In this document: positions 7,449 through 17,728 of the stretch, piece by piece
How positions within the stretch are numbered: position 1 is the first letter of the stretch
How the letters are laid out: the number at the start of each line of letters is the position of its first letter
DNA from: a virus
Taxonomy: Duplodnaviria > Caudoviricetes
Reading direction: 5' to 3' (one strand)
Virus record (IMG/VR): IMGVR_UViG_3300010366_000023
Coordinates: 1 to 39,384 of that record
Length of the DNA: 39,384 nt
Translations under genes and position numbers: made by a program
Notes under the pieces: generated by a model
What the model saw: only the letters and a program-made list of their open reading frames with translations
Database searches by the model: none
Told to the model about the DNA's origin: nothing

Positions 7449-8159
7449 CTATGCGCACGCTGCGCCCCATCCGGCGGCGGCATACCTTTCCACCTGGAGT
7501 TTTTCCGGATCGGTGAGGACACGGGAGTAAAGAAGCACCTCCGGTATCGCGCAATTGGCAAACGTGGTCCCCGATCCGGTACAAAAGAGCCGAATTCCTG
7601 CCGCATCGGTACTCGCGACGCTAGCGCCGCTGGCCCGGTTAACCCCGCTTGTCCGTAGGTTCTGCGCCGTTCCCGAGGTTGACCCCGAATAGATGTAGGT
7701 TGTATTGATAAGGGCATCGGTACCCAAAGCGTCAATTTCAGCCGCACCCGAAAGGAATAGGCGCACATCGGTATTCGGTCGCGTTCCAAAGAAGATTCCC
7801 GACGTCACGCCACCATTCGCCCCGCCGATCTGGCATGCGTTGGCGGAAGCGGTCAGCTGGCGAACGATGTAAAAGAGCGTGTAGGGCGGGACCAAGGTGA
7901 ACGCGGCTTGGACGAAATCGTCGACCCCGTCGCCCACCGGGGCGAGCTTACCGTTAACGGTGGTGGTCGTGGGAACGAGGCCGCCTGTCGTTTGGGCCAA
8001 GTCCTTACCGCCAATCTTATCTAACCAATGAAACGAGGTGGCCGGAACGATGGTGAGGCCGCTATCGGCTTTCCACCATGCCATCAGATTGGCAATGGAA
8101 TTAGGATTGAAGCCGCCGCCGCCCTGCATGGCCCACCCGGGCCAACGATTCTTGAGCAT
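7449..8159 (-). CDS. Concanavalin A / LamG-like virion fibre or receptor-binding protein
   Basis: NLMAWWKADSG...WLDK.G...GDGVDD...I.EVLLYSRVLT.PE..QVERY...W pattern. Confidence 0.7.
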   Translation of the reverse strand: MLKNRWPGWAMQGGGGFNPNSIANLMAWWKADSGLTIVPATSFHWLDKIGGKDLAQTTGGLVPTTTTVNGKLAPVGDGVDDFVQAAFTLVPPYTLFYIVRQLTASANACQIGGANGGVTSGIFFGTRPNTDVRLFLSGAAEIDALGTDALINTTYIYSGSTSGTAQNLRTSGVNRASGASVASTDAAGIRLFCTGSGTTFANCAIPEVLLYSRVLTDPEKLQVERYAAAGWGAACA

Positions 8160-8428
8160 TACGCGGCCTTTCGCCCACCCGAGCAGGCTACGAGTCCGGT
8201 GGCGGTGGTGGCGGCCATCACCCGCTTGAACCGTCCCGGAACGTATTGTCCGGCGGTGGCCACGATGGTGGTAGAGACGCTGTCGTAAACGCCTTGGATA
8301 ACGAGATTCCCGGCGCCTCCTACGAGAATACCGAGATTGCAGGTAGCCGTGAGATCCGTAGTGTCGCTAGGTGTAATCGCGGCAAAATTGGTCGGCTGTG
8401 TTAAAAGCGCATTGGTCGATGCCATCAC
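8159..8428 (-). CDS. Head-spike base protein (RcGTA Rcc01079-like)
   Basis: AAITPSDTTDL...ILVGGAGNL...AGQYVP.RFKRVMA.TTATGLVA matches my recollection of that family. Confidence 0.7.
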   Translation of the reverse strand: MMASTNALLTQPTNFAAITPSDTTDLTATCNLGILVGGAGNLVIQGVYDSVSTTIVATAGQYVPGRFKRVMAATTATGLVACSGGRKAA

Positions 8429-8435
8429 TACCCCC

Positions 8436-10976
8436 TTAGGCGGTTTCTAGTTGCTGTGTCCTTGTCTCAATCGCTTTGGAGGTGTCCACCTTGTGGGCAC
8501 TACCGCCTGCCATGCCCTGCGACGGCTGGATTTGCTCCGGAGGCTTGGCGGTATCGCTATTCATGCTCGCGAATAGATCTCCGATCGCTTTGGTGAATTG
8601 GGGCGATTGGGTGGGATCCACCGCCACGCCGAACAATCGCCCGATCTGCAGCTTTTGCGTATAGGCAACGGTCTTACCCTGCTCCGCCATGGCCGTTACC
8701 CGGTCCATCACCTTGGTTTTGACGTCGGAGTAGGTCTCCGGTAGCACAGCCTTAAGCGCCTCCACCGATTCGCTGGACAGCTTGTTATGGGAAAGGTCAT
8801 TGATCGCTGTCATCGGCCTTTGAAGCGTCTTTACGTAACGCATGAATTTCGCCTTAGCCATATCAGTGACGCCCCGTTGCGGCGTCATGGAAAGGGGCGG
8901 GGCGACCGCTTGCATGGGCATCTTGGCCTTTAAGAAGTCAATCGCCTTGGCCTGTTTATTTTGAATCACCATGGCCACCCCGGGCGCATTCTGGATCATG
9001 GGGCCGAGGGTCTGTTCGGTATGGTCGCGGGTCGCCTCCGCCTGGCTTGCAAGCTTGGACACCGCGGCCGTGGCCTGATGGTATTGGCCATCCAAGCTCT
9101 TGGGTGTTTTGGAGGTCTGCAGGGGGATGACGTTGGGGCCGGGACCTACCGTGCCCGCCGCCAGGGCCCCGATTTGATCGGGATTCTGCGCCGCAAGCTT
9201 GGCCGGTACCGCCGCCCCCTTGGATAAAAACTTATCAATGGCGTCCCCTATCTTCTTATCAACGGAAGCCGCCTCCTCCGCCACCGCCCCGACCTTGGAG
9301 AGCTTATCAGCCGCATAGGCAAGAACGGAGGACCCGCGCTCCCTTAGGACCTTGTGCGCCGCGGTCGTGAGAAGGGCCGCCGCCGCCGCCTGCGGATGAA
9401 GGAGAGACAAGGCCGATAGACCATGGCCGGAATGCTCCCCGAAGCCCGTCAGAGCCCCGAAGCCGCCCGCGATTTGATCGGTAAGCGATGCCCAATTGTT
9501 CCCAAGCTTGCCCGCTAGGCCATCGCTCGCCATGTCCGAGGCGAACCGGAGGGAGGAGTAAAGCCGCTTGGTTTCCTGCCAATCCTTAGCGAACGTATCC
9601 GAAATCCCAAGGTCCCGGGCCGCCTTGTCGGCCGATGTCGTTAGCTCGTCCTCCAGAATGCCGCGGAATTTCTTTAACTCATCGGCCATTGGATTGGCCG
9701 CCCGCGAATCCCACCGGATCCGTTCGTCAAGGCCTTTTCGGATATCCCATAGCTTGGCGTGGCCAATCTCATTCCCGGCGAAATCCTCAACAAATGGCTC
9801 TAGCCGCTTGGCCATCGCCTCGCCCAAGTCCCGCTTGGCTGGATTGTCAAGAAGGGGTTGCACCACCTCCTCGTAAGCGCGCTTAACGACCTTGGAGCCG
9901 TCCACCAGATTGCCCTCGCCTCTCGCAACGGCCGCGGCGTCCAGCTCCTTCATCATGTTGCCAAGCTTTTGACCGGTGGCCTCCGCATCCTTACCGACGC
10001 TTTCGGCCACCTGATCCACGCTCCATCCGGGCTGAATGTGCCCTCGCGCCAAAAGGTCCTTGCTGATTTCCTCCGCCCCGCCCGCCCTGGCCTCCGCCTT
10101 CTTGGCCCACGACTTCAAGCCACCCGCGGCCTTGAATGCCCGATCCTCCGCGAATTCCTCTACCGCCCCGCGAATTTTGGGCATGACGGTTTTCGCAGCA
10201 TCCTCAATCAAGCTAGACCCTGCTCCAAGCCCGGCCCCTACCGCGCCACCAAAGAGGGCCCCGTGCTTGGCACCCGTCCAAAGCCGCTCCGCCGTGAGTG
10301 GCTCATTGTCCAAAACAGCATCGGAGTAGGCCCCGCCAAGGCCATAGGCCGCGCCCTCGGTAGCTCCCCTCGCTGCATAGGGCAGTGCTTTCTGTGCGGT
10401 ACGAGCAAGAAGTCCCGCCCCGCCCTCACCCGTTAGCGCGCGGGTCCCGGCCTCCGCCAGGCCGCCGAGCGTATCCACGCCCCGGACGCCCGCTCCGACC
10501 CCGCGAATTCCCTCCCCGGCCAATCCTTCGATTCCGCCGAAGGCGAGCGGGGCGACCGTGCCCACCACTTCGCCCGCGATGTTTGCGGTAGGATTCGTCT
10601 CGGTATAGCCCTTGATGGCCTCCCGGGTCCGCTCCCCGGCGCCTGGACTCCCGAACGCCTCCGCCGCCTTGACTGCGAGGCCCTTGCCGCCTCCAAGTAA
10701 GAGCGCATTGCCCGCTCCGATGGCCCCGGAAATAGCGGCTCCGCCAACGCCTCCGTATTGCTCCTCCCGTGCCGCGGCGGCCTGCTCCTCGGCGGTGGGG
10801 ATCGCGTGCTTGTCGGGGTCATATTGAGAGGCGGGAATCGAACGAACGGCTCCATCCGCGCCAAAGGTCGGGACCATGGTCCCGGGAGCAAATCCATATT
10901 GCCCGGACTTGAACGCCGATCCTACATCCGCATCGGGGATGTCATGGATTTCGCCGTTTCGGTCGATCATATCCAT
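8436..10976 (-). CDS. Internal virion / DNA ejection protein (large)
   Basis: 846 aa; Gly/Ala-rich hydrophobic and helical; third of three such genes after the nozzle. Confidence 0.65.
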   Translation of the reverse strand: MDMIDRNGEIHDIPDADVGSAFKSGQYGFAPGTMVPTFGADGAVRSIPASQYDPDKHAIPTAEEQAAAAREEQYGGVGGAAISGAIGAGNALLLGGGKGLAVKAAEAFGSPGAGERTREAIKGYTETNPTANIAGEVVGTVAPLAFGGIEGLAGEGIRGVGAGVRGVDTLGGLAEAGTRALTGEGGAGLLARTAQKALPYAARGATEGAAYGLGGAYSDAVLDNEPLTAERLWTGAKHGALFGGAVGAGLGAGSSLIEDAAKTVMPKIRGAVEEFAEDRAFKAAGGLKSWAKKAEARAGGAEEISKDLLARGHIQPGWSVDQVAESVGKDAEATGQKLGNMMKELDAAAVARGEGNLVDGSKVVKRAYEEVVQPLLDNPAKRDLGEAMAKRLEPFVEDFAGNEIGHAKLWDIRKGLDERIRWDSRAANPMADELKKFRGILEDELTTSADKAARDLGISDTFAKDWQETKRLYSSLRFASDMASDGLAGKLGNNWASLTDQIAGGFGALTGFGEHSGHGLSALSLLHPQAAAAALLTTAAHKVLRERGSSVLAYAADKLSKVGAVAEEAASVDKKIGDAIDKFLSKGAAVPAKLAAQNPDQIGALAAGTVGPGPNVIPLQTSKTPKSLDGQYHQATAAVSKLASQAEATRDHTEQTLGPMIQNAPGVAMVIQNKQAKAIDFLKAKMPMQAVAPPLSMTPQRGVTDMAKAKFMRYVKTLQRPMTAINDLSHNKLSSESVEALKAVLPETYSDVKTKVMDRVTAMAEQGKTVAYTQKLQIGRLFGVAVDPTQSPQFTKAIGDLFASMNSDTAKPPEQIQPSQGMAGGSAHKVDTSKAIETRTQQLETA

Positions 10977-10982
10977 GGGGCG

Positions 10983-12707
10983 CTATTCCTCATTCGCACC
11001 CGTCCCGCCTGCTACCTGACGGGAGGAATGCGCAAACTTAGTGCCCAAAGCCATATTGGCCGTGCTTTCCGCCGAATTCAGTTCGAGCGCCAATTGCTGT
11101 GGCGACAGCGTGCGGAGGTATTTCTTCTCGTTTTCGAATTCCGTTTCGGTAGCACCCGTCGGGAATCGATTCTTGACAATCTCGGCCCCTACCGCATGGA
11201 TCAAATGCTCGCGCGCATTATAGGCATCGGTCCCGACGGCCGCGGCGGCCTTCCAAAGCTCCGGAGCGCCGATCTTCCATTGGCCGCCGCTGGTGCGCTC
11301 CAAGCCCATGAGGGGCGCGTCGTTTTCGAGCGTATGAAGGAGGACGCGCGCCGGGTGCTTTGCATTGTATTCGGGAGCCGTCCACGCATCCTCGCTCCCC
11401 CCTTTGCCCATGAGAAGGCCTGCGGGAGCGTATTTCGTTTGGTTCGAAGTGGACATGGTATAGCGGTTCAGCTTTTGGATATTGTCGATGCGTTCCGACT
11501 GGATCTTAGCCTGCAAGATCTTCCATTGCGCCCTTTGCTCGGCGGGCAAGTTGCGCGCGCCAATCTCATTGACTTTTTGCTCCACCATTCCGAGCATGGC
11601 AATCCGGACCCCCGTTTCCGCCGCCTGTCTATCGCCATATTCTTGGCGCAATTGACCTAAGAGGTTCGTCTCGGCTTGGATGGTGTCGCGCTTGTTTTTA
11701 AGGTTCGCCTCTTGGGCATGGATATCGTTATCAATGTTCTGTTTCATCTTGTCTACGGCGTAAGCGGGGCCGCCGTTTAGGCTCGCTCCGAAGCCGGAAA
11801 GGCCTTGGAATAGAGCGGACTCCAGCTTATAGGCGGTGTCCTTGTCGCCCCAAAAATGTTTCGGATCAATCTTCTCCGCCGCCGCCTCCCGGGACAACTG
11901 ATCAAGCTTCGCTTGCCGTTCCCCCATCACCCGCCGCCGTTCGGCCTCTATCGCGGCCTGGCGTTCTTGCGATGCCTTCAAGTCCCCTATCGTTTGCGTG
12001 TAGAGGGAACCTAGCTCCCCCGCCTTCTTGCCCTGGACATCCAAAAGGCCCTCTTCCGCCTTGGCCCTGTCCGCATCGGCCCCTTGTTGCTGGGCAATTT
12101 CAGCTTTTGAATATTGATTCTGCCCGACTTTGGTGGTGGTGGTGGCACCCCCCATGCCTATCATTTGAAGGGGATTGATAGCGGGGCCCTGATCCTCTTT
12201 CTTCTTGTCATCGATGAAGATACCGCCCGCCGCCCTTGCCTGCGGGCCGCCTCCGACATCCCCCGGTCGCGCCAAAAACGGAGGAGCCACACCCGGAGCC
12301 GCGGGCTTACCGGACAAGGCGGACTTATATTGCTTATCCTCCGCCTCTGCCTTGGCCTCCGCTTCTCTCTTTAGATCGTTTGGATCCTTGTAGGCATGGC
12401 GCAACCCTGCCTTGAATTCATCAATCGCGTTTTGTCCGCGTTGAAAGAAGTCGGGAGGCTTCGCCGGGAGCGGCGAGGCGGGAGGCGGCGGCGGAGCGGG
12501 TGTCATGGCCGGCCCCTCGGACGCCAGCGGGCCGGGCGATGACATGACGTCGACCGATGGGGGGGCCGCCGAGGGCGGGGCGCCCGCCTGGGTCGCTAGG
12601 TAATCGCGCGCCGCATCGCCGCGCAGGAAGGCGGGGCCGTCCGGGTCATCGGTCGGCACCATGATCGTTCCATCCGGCATCGATGCTGCGCCCGGGCCGA
12701 AATTCAT
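10983..12707 (-). CDS. Internal virion / DNA ejection protein
   Basis: 574 aa; Pro-rich N-terminus and long coiled coils; podoviral gene position. Confidence 0.6.
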   Translation of the reverse strand: MNFGPGAASMPDGTIMVPTDDPDGPAFLRGDAARDYLATQAGAPPSAAPPSVDVMSSPGPLASEGPAMTPAPPPPPASPLPAKPPDFFQRGQNAIDEFKAGLRHAYKDPNDLKREAEAKAEAEDKQYKSALSGKPAAPGVAPPFLARPGDVGGGPQARAAGGIFIDDKKKEDQGPAINPLQMIGMGGATTTTKVGQNQYSKAEIAQQQGADADRAKAEEGLLDVQGKKAGELGSLYTQTIGDLKASQERQAAIEAERRRVMGERQAKLDQLSREAAAEKIDPKHFWGDKDTAYKLESALFQGLSGFGASLNGGPAYAVDKMKQNIDNDIHAQEANLKNKRDTIQAETNLLGQLRQEYGDRQAAETGVRIAMLGMVEQKVNEIGARNLPAEQRAQWKILQAKIQSERIDNIQKLNRYTMSTSNQTKYAPAGLLMGKGGSEDAWTAPEYNAKHPARVLLHTLENDAPLMGLERTSGGQWKIGAPELWKAAAAVGTDAYNAREHLIHAVGAEIVKNRFPTGATETEFENEKKYLRTLSPQQLALELNSAESTANMALGTKFAHSSRQVAGGTGANEE

Positions 12708-14335
12708 GCGGCCTGCCCCCCTTCGTACGGATCCTTAATCCCGTCGTCGATTTGATAACCCGTATCCTTCGGCGTAACCGCGGGCGTTCCCGTCCCCGGG
12801 GCCCCGGTGTTCCCGGGCTTCCCCGATTGGGAATCGATGTAGCTTTGACCCAAAGTGGAGGCCCCTTGCGCCGCGGCCCCAACGTATTTGTCGGTACGGT
12901 TTTCGCCGAATTCCTTGGACTTCTCGGCAAGCTCCCCCGTATTGGTATTGGCGTTTTGTTGCGCGATCCCCACTTCCTGGTAGCCGTGCGCTTGATTGTA
13001 GAGCGCCGTCTCCCGATTAACGGCCATATCCTGCGCGCGGTTTTGCTGGCCAAAATATTGATTGGTGTAGTATTGGACTTGGGTGTCGTTAAGACCGCGT
13101 TGCCTTAGTTCGGCGTCTAGTTTGGCCTTGGCCTCGGACGAGGTAATGAGGCCCTGCTGGACGGCATTGTTGTATTTGTCGGCAAGGACCGTGGCCTCGT
13201 TCCTCTGCGCCCCGCCAAGCTCATTGGCCGCCACGTTCTGCTCTTGGATCCCCGCGGTTCTCTGCTGGCCAAGAACGGTCCCTAGCGCCTCCCGGGCTTG
13301 CGCATATTCCTGCGCCCGAAGCTCCGCCTGCTGGCGAGTCGTTTGCTGCATAAGGTTCTGATTTGCGCGCAACGCCTCTAGCTGAGTAAGCCCTTGGGTC
13401 GGCCCTCGCGCGCTATTGGCAAGCGAAAGGCTATTGGCCATCGCAATGTCGCGACCCTCCAATAGCTGTTGTTCGGCCAAGGACGGCGCCCCGCCCTCTA
13501 GATCGCGATTGAGCCTGTCAATGAGAGCCTGCTGCCCCGCCCCGGACGCCCCTGTCATCAAGGTCTGCGCCTGCTGGCGTTGGAGGTCCCCCAAGTCACT
13601 GACGCGTTGCTCTTGAGGAGCGGCGCTGCTGAAATCGATCCGGGTATCCGCCATCGTCGGAGCGGCCCGGTTCGCGGCGTCCTTGGCGTTTGCCGCTAGC
13701 TGGCGGGTATCGGTCTGTGGGTTTTTGGCGATTTGGGTCTGCAGATCTTGCTTTTGCTGGATCGCCAGATTGAGCGCCGCTTGGAGGCCTGGGTTATTCT
13801 TGACGTCCTCGGACAGGATCGCGATCCGCTTGTCGAGGTTGTCAAGTTGGCCCTGCTGGACCGGGGTGACGATGGGCGTCCCATAGCCCGCGCTAGCGGG
13901 CGTATCCCATGCTGCAGGATTCATTTGATACCCCACTCCTTGGACGCCACCCGCCCCCGGGCTCCCCACCGGAACGACATTTCCATTCGCATCTAGCGTC
14001 GTAGGCCCGGAGCCCTTACTGCTGGCGCTTTCGGTAAGCTTATCCCCGGCGGCCTTTCCAAGTGAATATCCGGCGGCGGCCCCCGCCGGCCCTCCGGCGA
14101 CAAATCCGCCCACCCCCCCGGCGATGCTAAGGACCGTCCCCATATCGGGGCCATTCGGGGACTTAGTCCAATTGTCTCCGTTTTGCATATAGGTCCAGAC
14201 GTTATCCGTCGCCTTTTGCACCTGTTCCGGAGACCAATCCGGATGTTGCTGCGCGATGGATTGGGCCCATCCGGCCATAAACCGGTCCTTATTCTCCGCT
14301 AGCGCCTTATTGCGGAGGTCATCGCTCCAATTCAT
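12704..14335 (-). CDS. Internal virion / pilot (ejection) protein
   Basis: 543 aa; GGVGGFVAGGPAGAAAG glycine zipper; Gln/Ala-rich helices. Confidence 0.65.
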   Translation of the reverse strand: MNWSDDLRNKALAENKDRFMAGWAQSIAQQHPDWSPEQVQKATDNVWTYMQNGDNWTKSPNGPDMGTVLSIAGGVGGFVAGGPAGAAAGYSLGKAAGDKLTESASSKGSGPTTLDANGNVVPVGSPGAGGVQGVGYQMNPAAWDTPASAGYGTPIVTPVQQGQLDNLDKRIAILSEDVKNNPGLQAALNLAIQQKQDLQTQIAKNPQTDTRQLAANAKDAANRAAPTMADTRIDFSSAAPQEQRVSDLGDLQRQQAQTLMTGASGAGQQALIDRLNRDLEGGAPSLAEQQLLEGRDIAMANSLSLANSARGPTQGLTQLEALRANQNLMQQTTRQQAELRAQEYAQAREALGTVLGQQRTAGIQEQNVAANELGGAQRNEATVLADKYNNAVQQGLITSSEAKAKLDAELRQRGLNDTQVQYYTNQYFGQQNRAQDMAVNRETALYNQAHGYQEVGIAQQNANTNTGELAEKSKEFGENRTDKYVGAAAQGASTLGQSYIDSQSGKPGNTGAPGTGTPAVTPKDTGYQIDDGIKDPYEGGQAA

Positions 14336-17300
14336 TGCCTAGCCTCCACCTGTAGGGCATGCCCGCGGCTCCCTTTCTTCGGGACCACCTCAAGAATCAA
14401 GCCGCTCATCCAAACGCTATTGCCGTTGGCGGTAGCCGCCTGCTGAGTGGAAATGCGAAACCGCACCCCCGCACATTTCTGTTGAATGAGGTGGTAGGAA
14501 ACCTCCTCCTTGACGGCCAGGCCGTCTAAGGTCGCCCCGTTAATGGTTTTCGATTCGCCGAAAGTAGAGGATCCGTCGTAGGCCACTTCAATCTTTAACG
14601 CGTGGTTTTGCTGGCGCGTGCCTAGAAAGGTGGCGGTTCGCACCCGGCCGTAGGCTTGACGGCCTCCAAATGGATAGATGTTGGCCATTTCCACCACGGC
14701 AGGGATAAAGAGGCCGAAGTCATCATAGGCCGTCAAGGATTCGAGCCAAATGGCAGGCTGAAATCCGCTCGCCCACATGAGCTTATACGAAATGCCGTTA
14801 ATACATTTCGCATCGATGTAATCGAGCAAAAACCCGACGTCGAGACCCGCATAGTCAAACGTGGACCATGTCCCCCGGGGGCTTGCCTGCATGGTGTTGC
14901 GCGTATTGAGCACCAATTCCTGATGGCGGGGCATTAGGGCGGGATTGTTGATACTGAACCGCACCTCGTCCCGATCGGTAGGCACGTAAGCCGCCATAAT
15001 CTCGTAGTTTTCAAGCCAGCCGTCTACCTCATGGCCAATCGGGACAAGCGTTAGGGCTCGGTCAAGGAGGAAAATACCTTTTTGGGACCCGAAGTAAACG
15101 CCCGCCTCCGCCACCACCACACTCCGCCAATCGGTGGCGCCCACGTCGGAGGCGAGCTTATTGATTTGGATATTGAGGCCTTGCCCCCGATCGTCCGGCC
15201 AGGCCCCGCTAACGACAAAGGCCTCCGTTGCCGTGAAGGCGATAAGCTTGTCGTCCACGCTCGCCAATGCTGTCGGCTGTCCTCCGGTCGGCAGGCGAAA
15301 TTGCAGGGCATCGTTGAAGCCCGGAGCAATCCCCGGAACGTATTCCTTGGAGTACCAGATCGATCCGTCCTCCGCCGAAATCAGAAATAGGCGGTTCGCG
15401 TGGGTGATGATGACATCCGTGCTAGGCGGGGCGTAATTGGCGAGCGCTCCACCGTCTGTATAGAGGGTGGGGAAGCTCTGGATCGTGGCGTCCGGATTGA
15501 TGAGGCTAAAGATGAGGGGGGTATCGCTACCATTGTTGCTCGCCACATTGGTGGGCGTTTGCTGACGATAAAACGTGGTCCCCGCCGCCGTGGTTCCATA
15601 GATCATGAGTCGCACGGGCGAAAGGGCAGGCTCCGCGACAGAATCCCGGTTCGAGAAGGGGAGCGGTTCAACCTGTCCTTGCACCGTTTGATTGGGTGCA
15701 ACGATGGTAATGGATGCCGCAAGGCCCGGGGCCGATCGGTGCTCATTGCCCCTAGCGTCCGTCCACTCCCACACCGCTAGGTATTGATGGACGCCAGCAT
15801 CGATTGTCCCGCCTGCATTGATGGCCGCCAAAACAGGCGCTTGAGGCTGTGCGGAAAACCCCACTTCAAAACAATCCCGGCCATCGAAACAGCAGAGATG
15901 CCCTCCCGCGAGGTAGGTGAGGCCGCCTAGCTCGGTACTGCAGTAGCGAGCATGGGAGACATAATCCAAAAAGACAAGGTCAACGCCCGATTGTTCGATG
16001 ACCGTCGTATAGTCATAATTGATTCGCTGCTTTTGCTTGGTGACAATCGTTGTCAAAAGCCGCCCATCCGGTAGGGTGATGACGGACGGAACGGTAAAGC
16101 CAAAGCTAGGCTCAAATCCGGCGATGAGGCGGGCGCATTCCGCATCGAATAGAGTGGACAGAAACCCACTAGCGGCGGTACCGAGCGGGACGACGATCGC
16201 CGCCCCTTGGATGGGGTCAACCTGCAGGCCCCCCTTGATGTTGCTCTCCAGGGCACGCGTTACCCCGTTGCGATCCAGCCAGGGCTTCGTTAAAAGCTGG
16301 CGAGCATAGCCGACCGAGGTGCTACCGAGCACACCAGCATTGGAGACGTCCCGCGTATTGGTTCGATAGAGTGGCCCCGCCACGGACGTGGTCCATACCG
16401 CCCTCGCGTGGGTCGCGTCCTCTCGACATAGCGCCACGACTTTGCCCGCTGGCCAGGCCGCCTCAAGAGTCACGGCCGCAAAGGCGGCTACGAGGTTGGA
16501 GCCATTGGAGGTGTAGCCTCGACACTTGAGGTCCCCCGTGGCGTTTTCACGATAGGCGAGGTAGACCCGCTCATTGGCCGTGCCGCAGGTGGCGATGCAA
16601 TCGGCACTCGGAACGGTGGGGAAGGTTACGCTGGCAAGCTGGCCCATACCGGAATCACGGATCCCAAGCTCATTGCTAGCGACTGTTTTAAAGGCAAAGA
16701 GAAACCGATCCGTAAACCCCCCTAGCGGAGCCGTGTCGATGGGCCCGTCCCCATTGGCGTCAAAAACCCCATCTGCGCTATCGATGGCCATCGTTGCCGT
16801 ATTGATGCGGAAAGCGCGGATGCCGGAACCGGTGGCGAAGTAGAAACACCAAAACCATTGATTCACGGCCGCAATGCGCGGCCGGCTCGAATTCGTGGTC
16901 TGATAGGGGGCGAACCGCTTAATCACCTCACCCGTCTTTGCGTCCGCCAACATCCAAACGATATAGTGGGTGGAGGTATAGACCGATCCTGGCCAATGCT
17001 GGCAGGCCCCGACAAGGATGTACCGGCCATCGATGGAGAGGGCAATGTCCGTTTCCGATACCCTCGCATTTTCCCGCACGATCGATTGACGTTTGATTCC
17101 AGCAAGGCCCCCCAAAAGGGTCCCATGAAGGATCCCCGTCATATCGCGGATCGTGGCGTTCACCTCGTCCGTAATGAGGTACGGGGTTTTATTGTGCTCA
17201 AACAAGCGAACGCCGTTGAAGGGCGTTCCGAGGGCGAGCGTGAGCGGCGTATGCCCGTTGCGAGTCCGTAGGGCCCCCGGGGTAGAGAACACGACGTTTT

Positions 17301-17397
17301 GGGCCGTAAGGAGCTTGGTCGTTACCACGGCACGTGGATCCGTTCGGGTGTCGATGCCATCCCCGAAATTCACCTCCACTAGCTGCGAATCGGCCAT
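14332..17397 (-). CDS. Tail nozzle / tail tubular protein B-like
   Basis: About 1020 aa, beta-rich; N-terminal GIDT..DP...AQNVVF...GAL..RNG; C-terminal propeller-like RLF/IWYSK/DVGA motifs; follows the adaptor. Confidence 0.7.
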   Translation of the reverse strand: MADSQLVEVNFGDGIDTRTDPRAVVTTKLLTAQNVVFSTPGALRTRNGHTPLTLALGTPFNGVRLFEHNKTPYLITDEVNATIRDMTGILHGTLLGGLAGIKRQSIVRENARVSETDIALSIDGRYILVGACQHWPGSVYTSTHYIVWMLADAKTGEVIKRFAPYQTTNSSRPRIAAVNQWFWCFYFATGSGIRAFRINTATMAIDSADGVFDANGDGPIDTAPLGGFTDRFLFAFKTVASNELGIRDSGMGQLASVTFPTVPSADCIATCGTANERVYLAYRENATGDLKCRGYTSNGSNLVAAFAAVTLEAAWPAGKVVALCREDATHARAVWTTSVAGPLYRTNTRDVSNAGVLGSTSVGYARQLLTKPWLDRNGVTRALESNIKGGLQVDPIQGAAIVVPLGTAASGFLSTLFDAECARLIAGFEPSFGFTVPSVITLPDGRLLTTIVTKQKQRINYDYTTVIEQSGVDLVFLDYVSHARYCSTELGGLTYLAGGHLCCFDGRDCFEVGFSAQPQAPVLAAINAGGTIDAGVHQYLAVWEWTDARGNEHRSAPGLAASITIVAPNQTVQGQVEPLPFSNRDSVAEPALSPVRLMIYGTTAAGTTFYRQQTPTNVASNNGSDTPLIFSLINPDATIQSFPTLYTDGGALANYAPPSTDVIITHANRLFLISAEDGSIWYSKEYVPGIAPGFNDALQFRLPTGGQPTALASVDDKLIAFTATEAFVVSGAWPDDRGQGLNIQINKLASDVGATDWRSVVVAEAGVYFGSQKGIFLLDRALTLVPIGHEVDGWLENYEIMAAYVPTDRDEVRFSINNPALMPRHQELVLNTRNTMQASPRGTWSTFDYAGLDVGFLLDYIDAKCINGISYKLMWASGFQPAIWLESLTAYDDFGLFIPAVVEMANIYPFGGRQAYGRVRTATFLGTRQQNHALKIEVAYDGSSTFGESKTINGATLDGLAVKEEVSYHLIQQKCAGVRFRISTQQAATANGNSVWMSGLILEVVPKKGSRGHALQVEARQ

Positions 17398-17726
17398 CAC
17401 CAGATCCAAAGGGTAAAATTGGCGGCCGTTCCGCCCGCCGCCTGCCGTACGGTTACCGTCTTAGCGTCGCCCGCCCGAAAGATGAGAGGAGCCACCGCCG
17501 CGACAGTGCCATCGCAGCGGCATGTGATGATGCCACGGGGAATCCGTTTTAGCCCGTGCGAAATGATAACATCATTGGTCGTAATCGAGATGGGCCCCGT
17601 CATCTCCCCCGACAAGAATGGAAAGGACTTCGCCAGCGCCCGAAACGCCTCTTGGATCCGCTCTTGGATGAAGCGTAGATCCTGGACTCCGGTATATTGA
17701 TTCGTGGGGGGACGGACTTCGGGCAT
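17397..17726 (-). CDS. Small virion protein
   Basis: IISHGLKRIPRG motif; lies between adaptor and nozzle. Confidence 0.55.
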   Translation of the reverse strand: MPEVRPPTNQYTGVQDLRFIQERIQEAFRALAKSFPFLSGEMTGPISITTNDVIISHGLKRIPRGIITCRCDGTVAAVAPLIFRAGDAKTVTVRQAAGGTAANFTLWIW

Positions 17727-17728
17727 GG

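Noticed and set aside
9858-11660. Long plus-strand ORFs antisense to structural genes (e.g. 10758-11660, 9858-10436, 19576-20298)
   Set aside because: Shadow ORFs expected in GC-rich DNA; no RBS or motifs.
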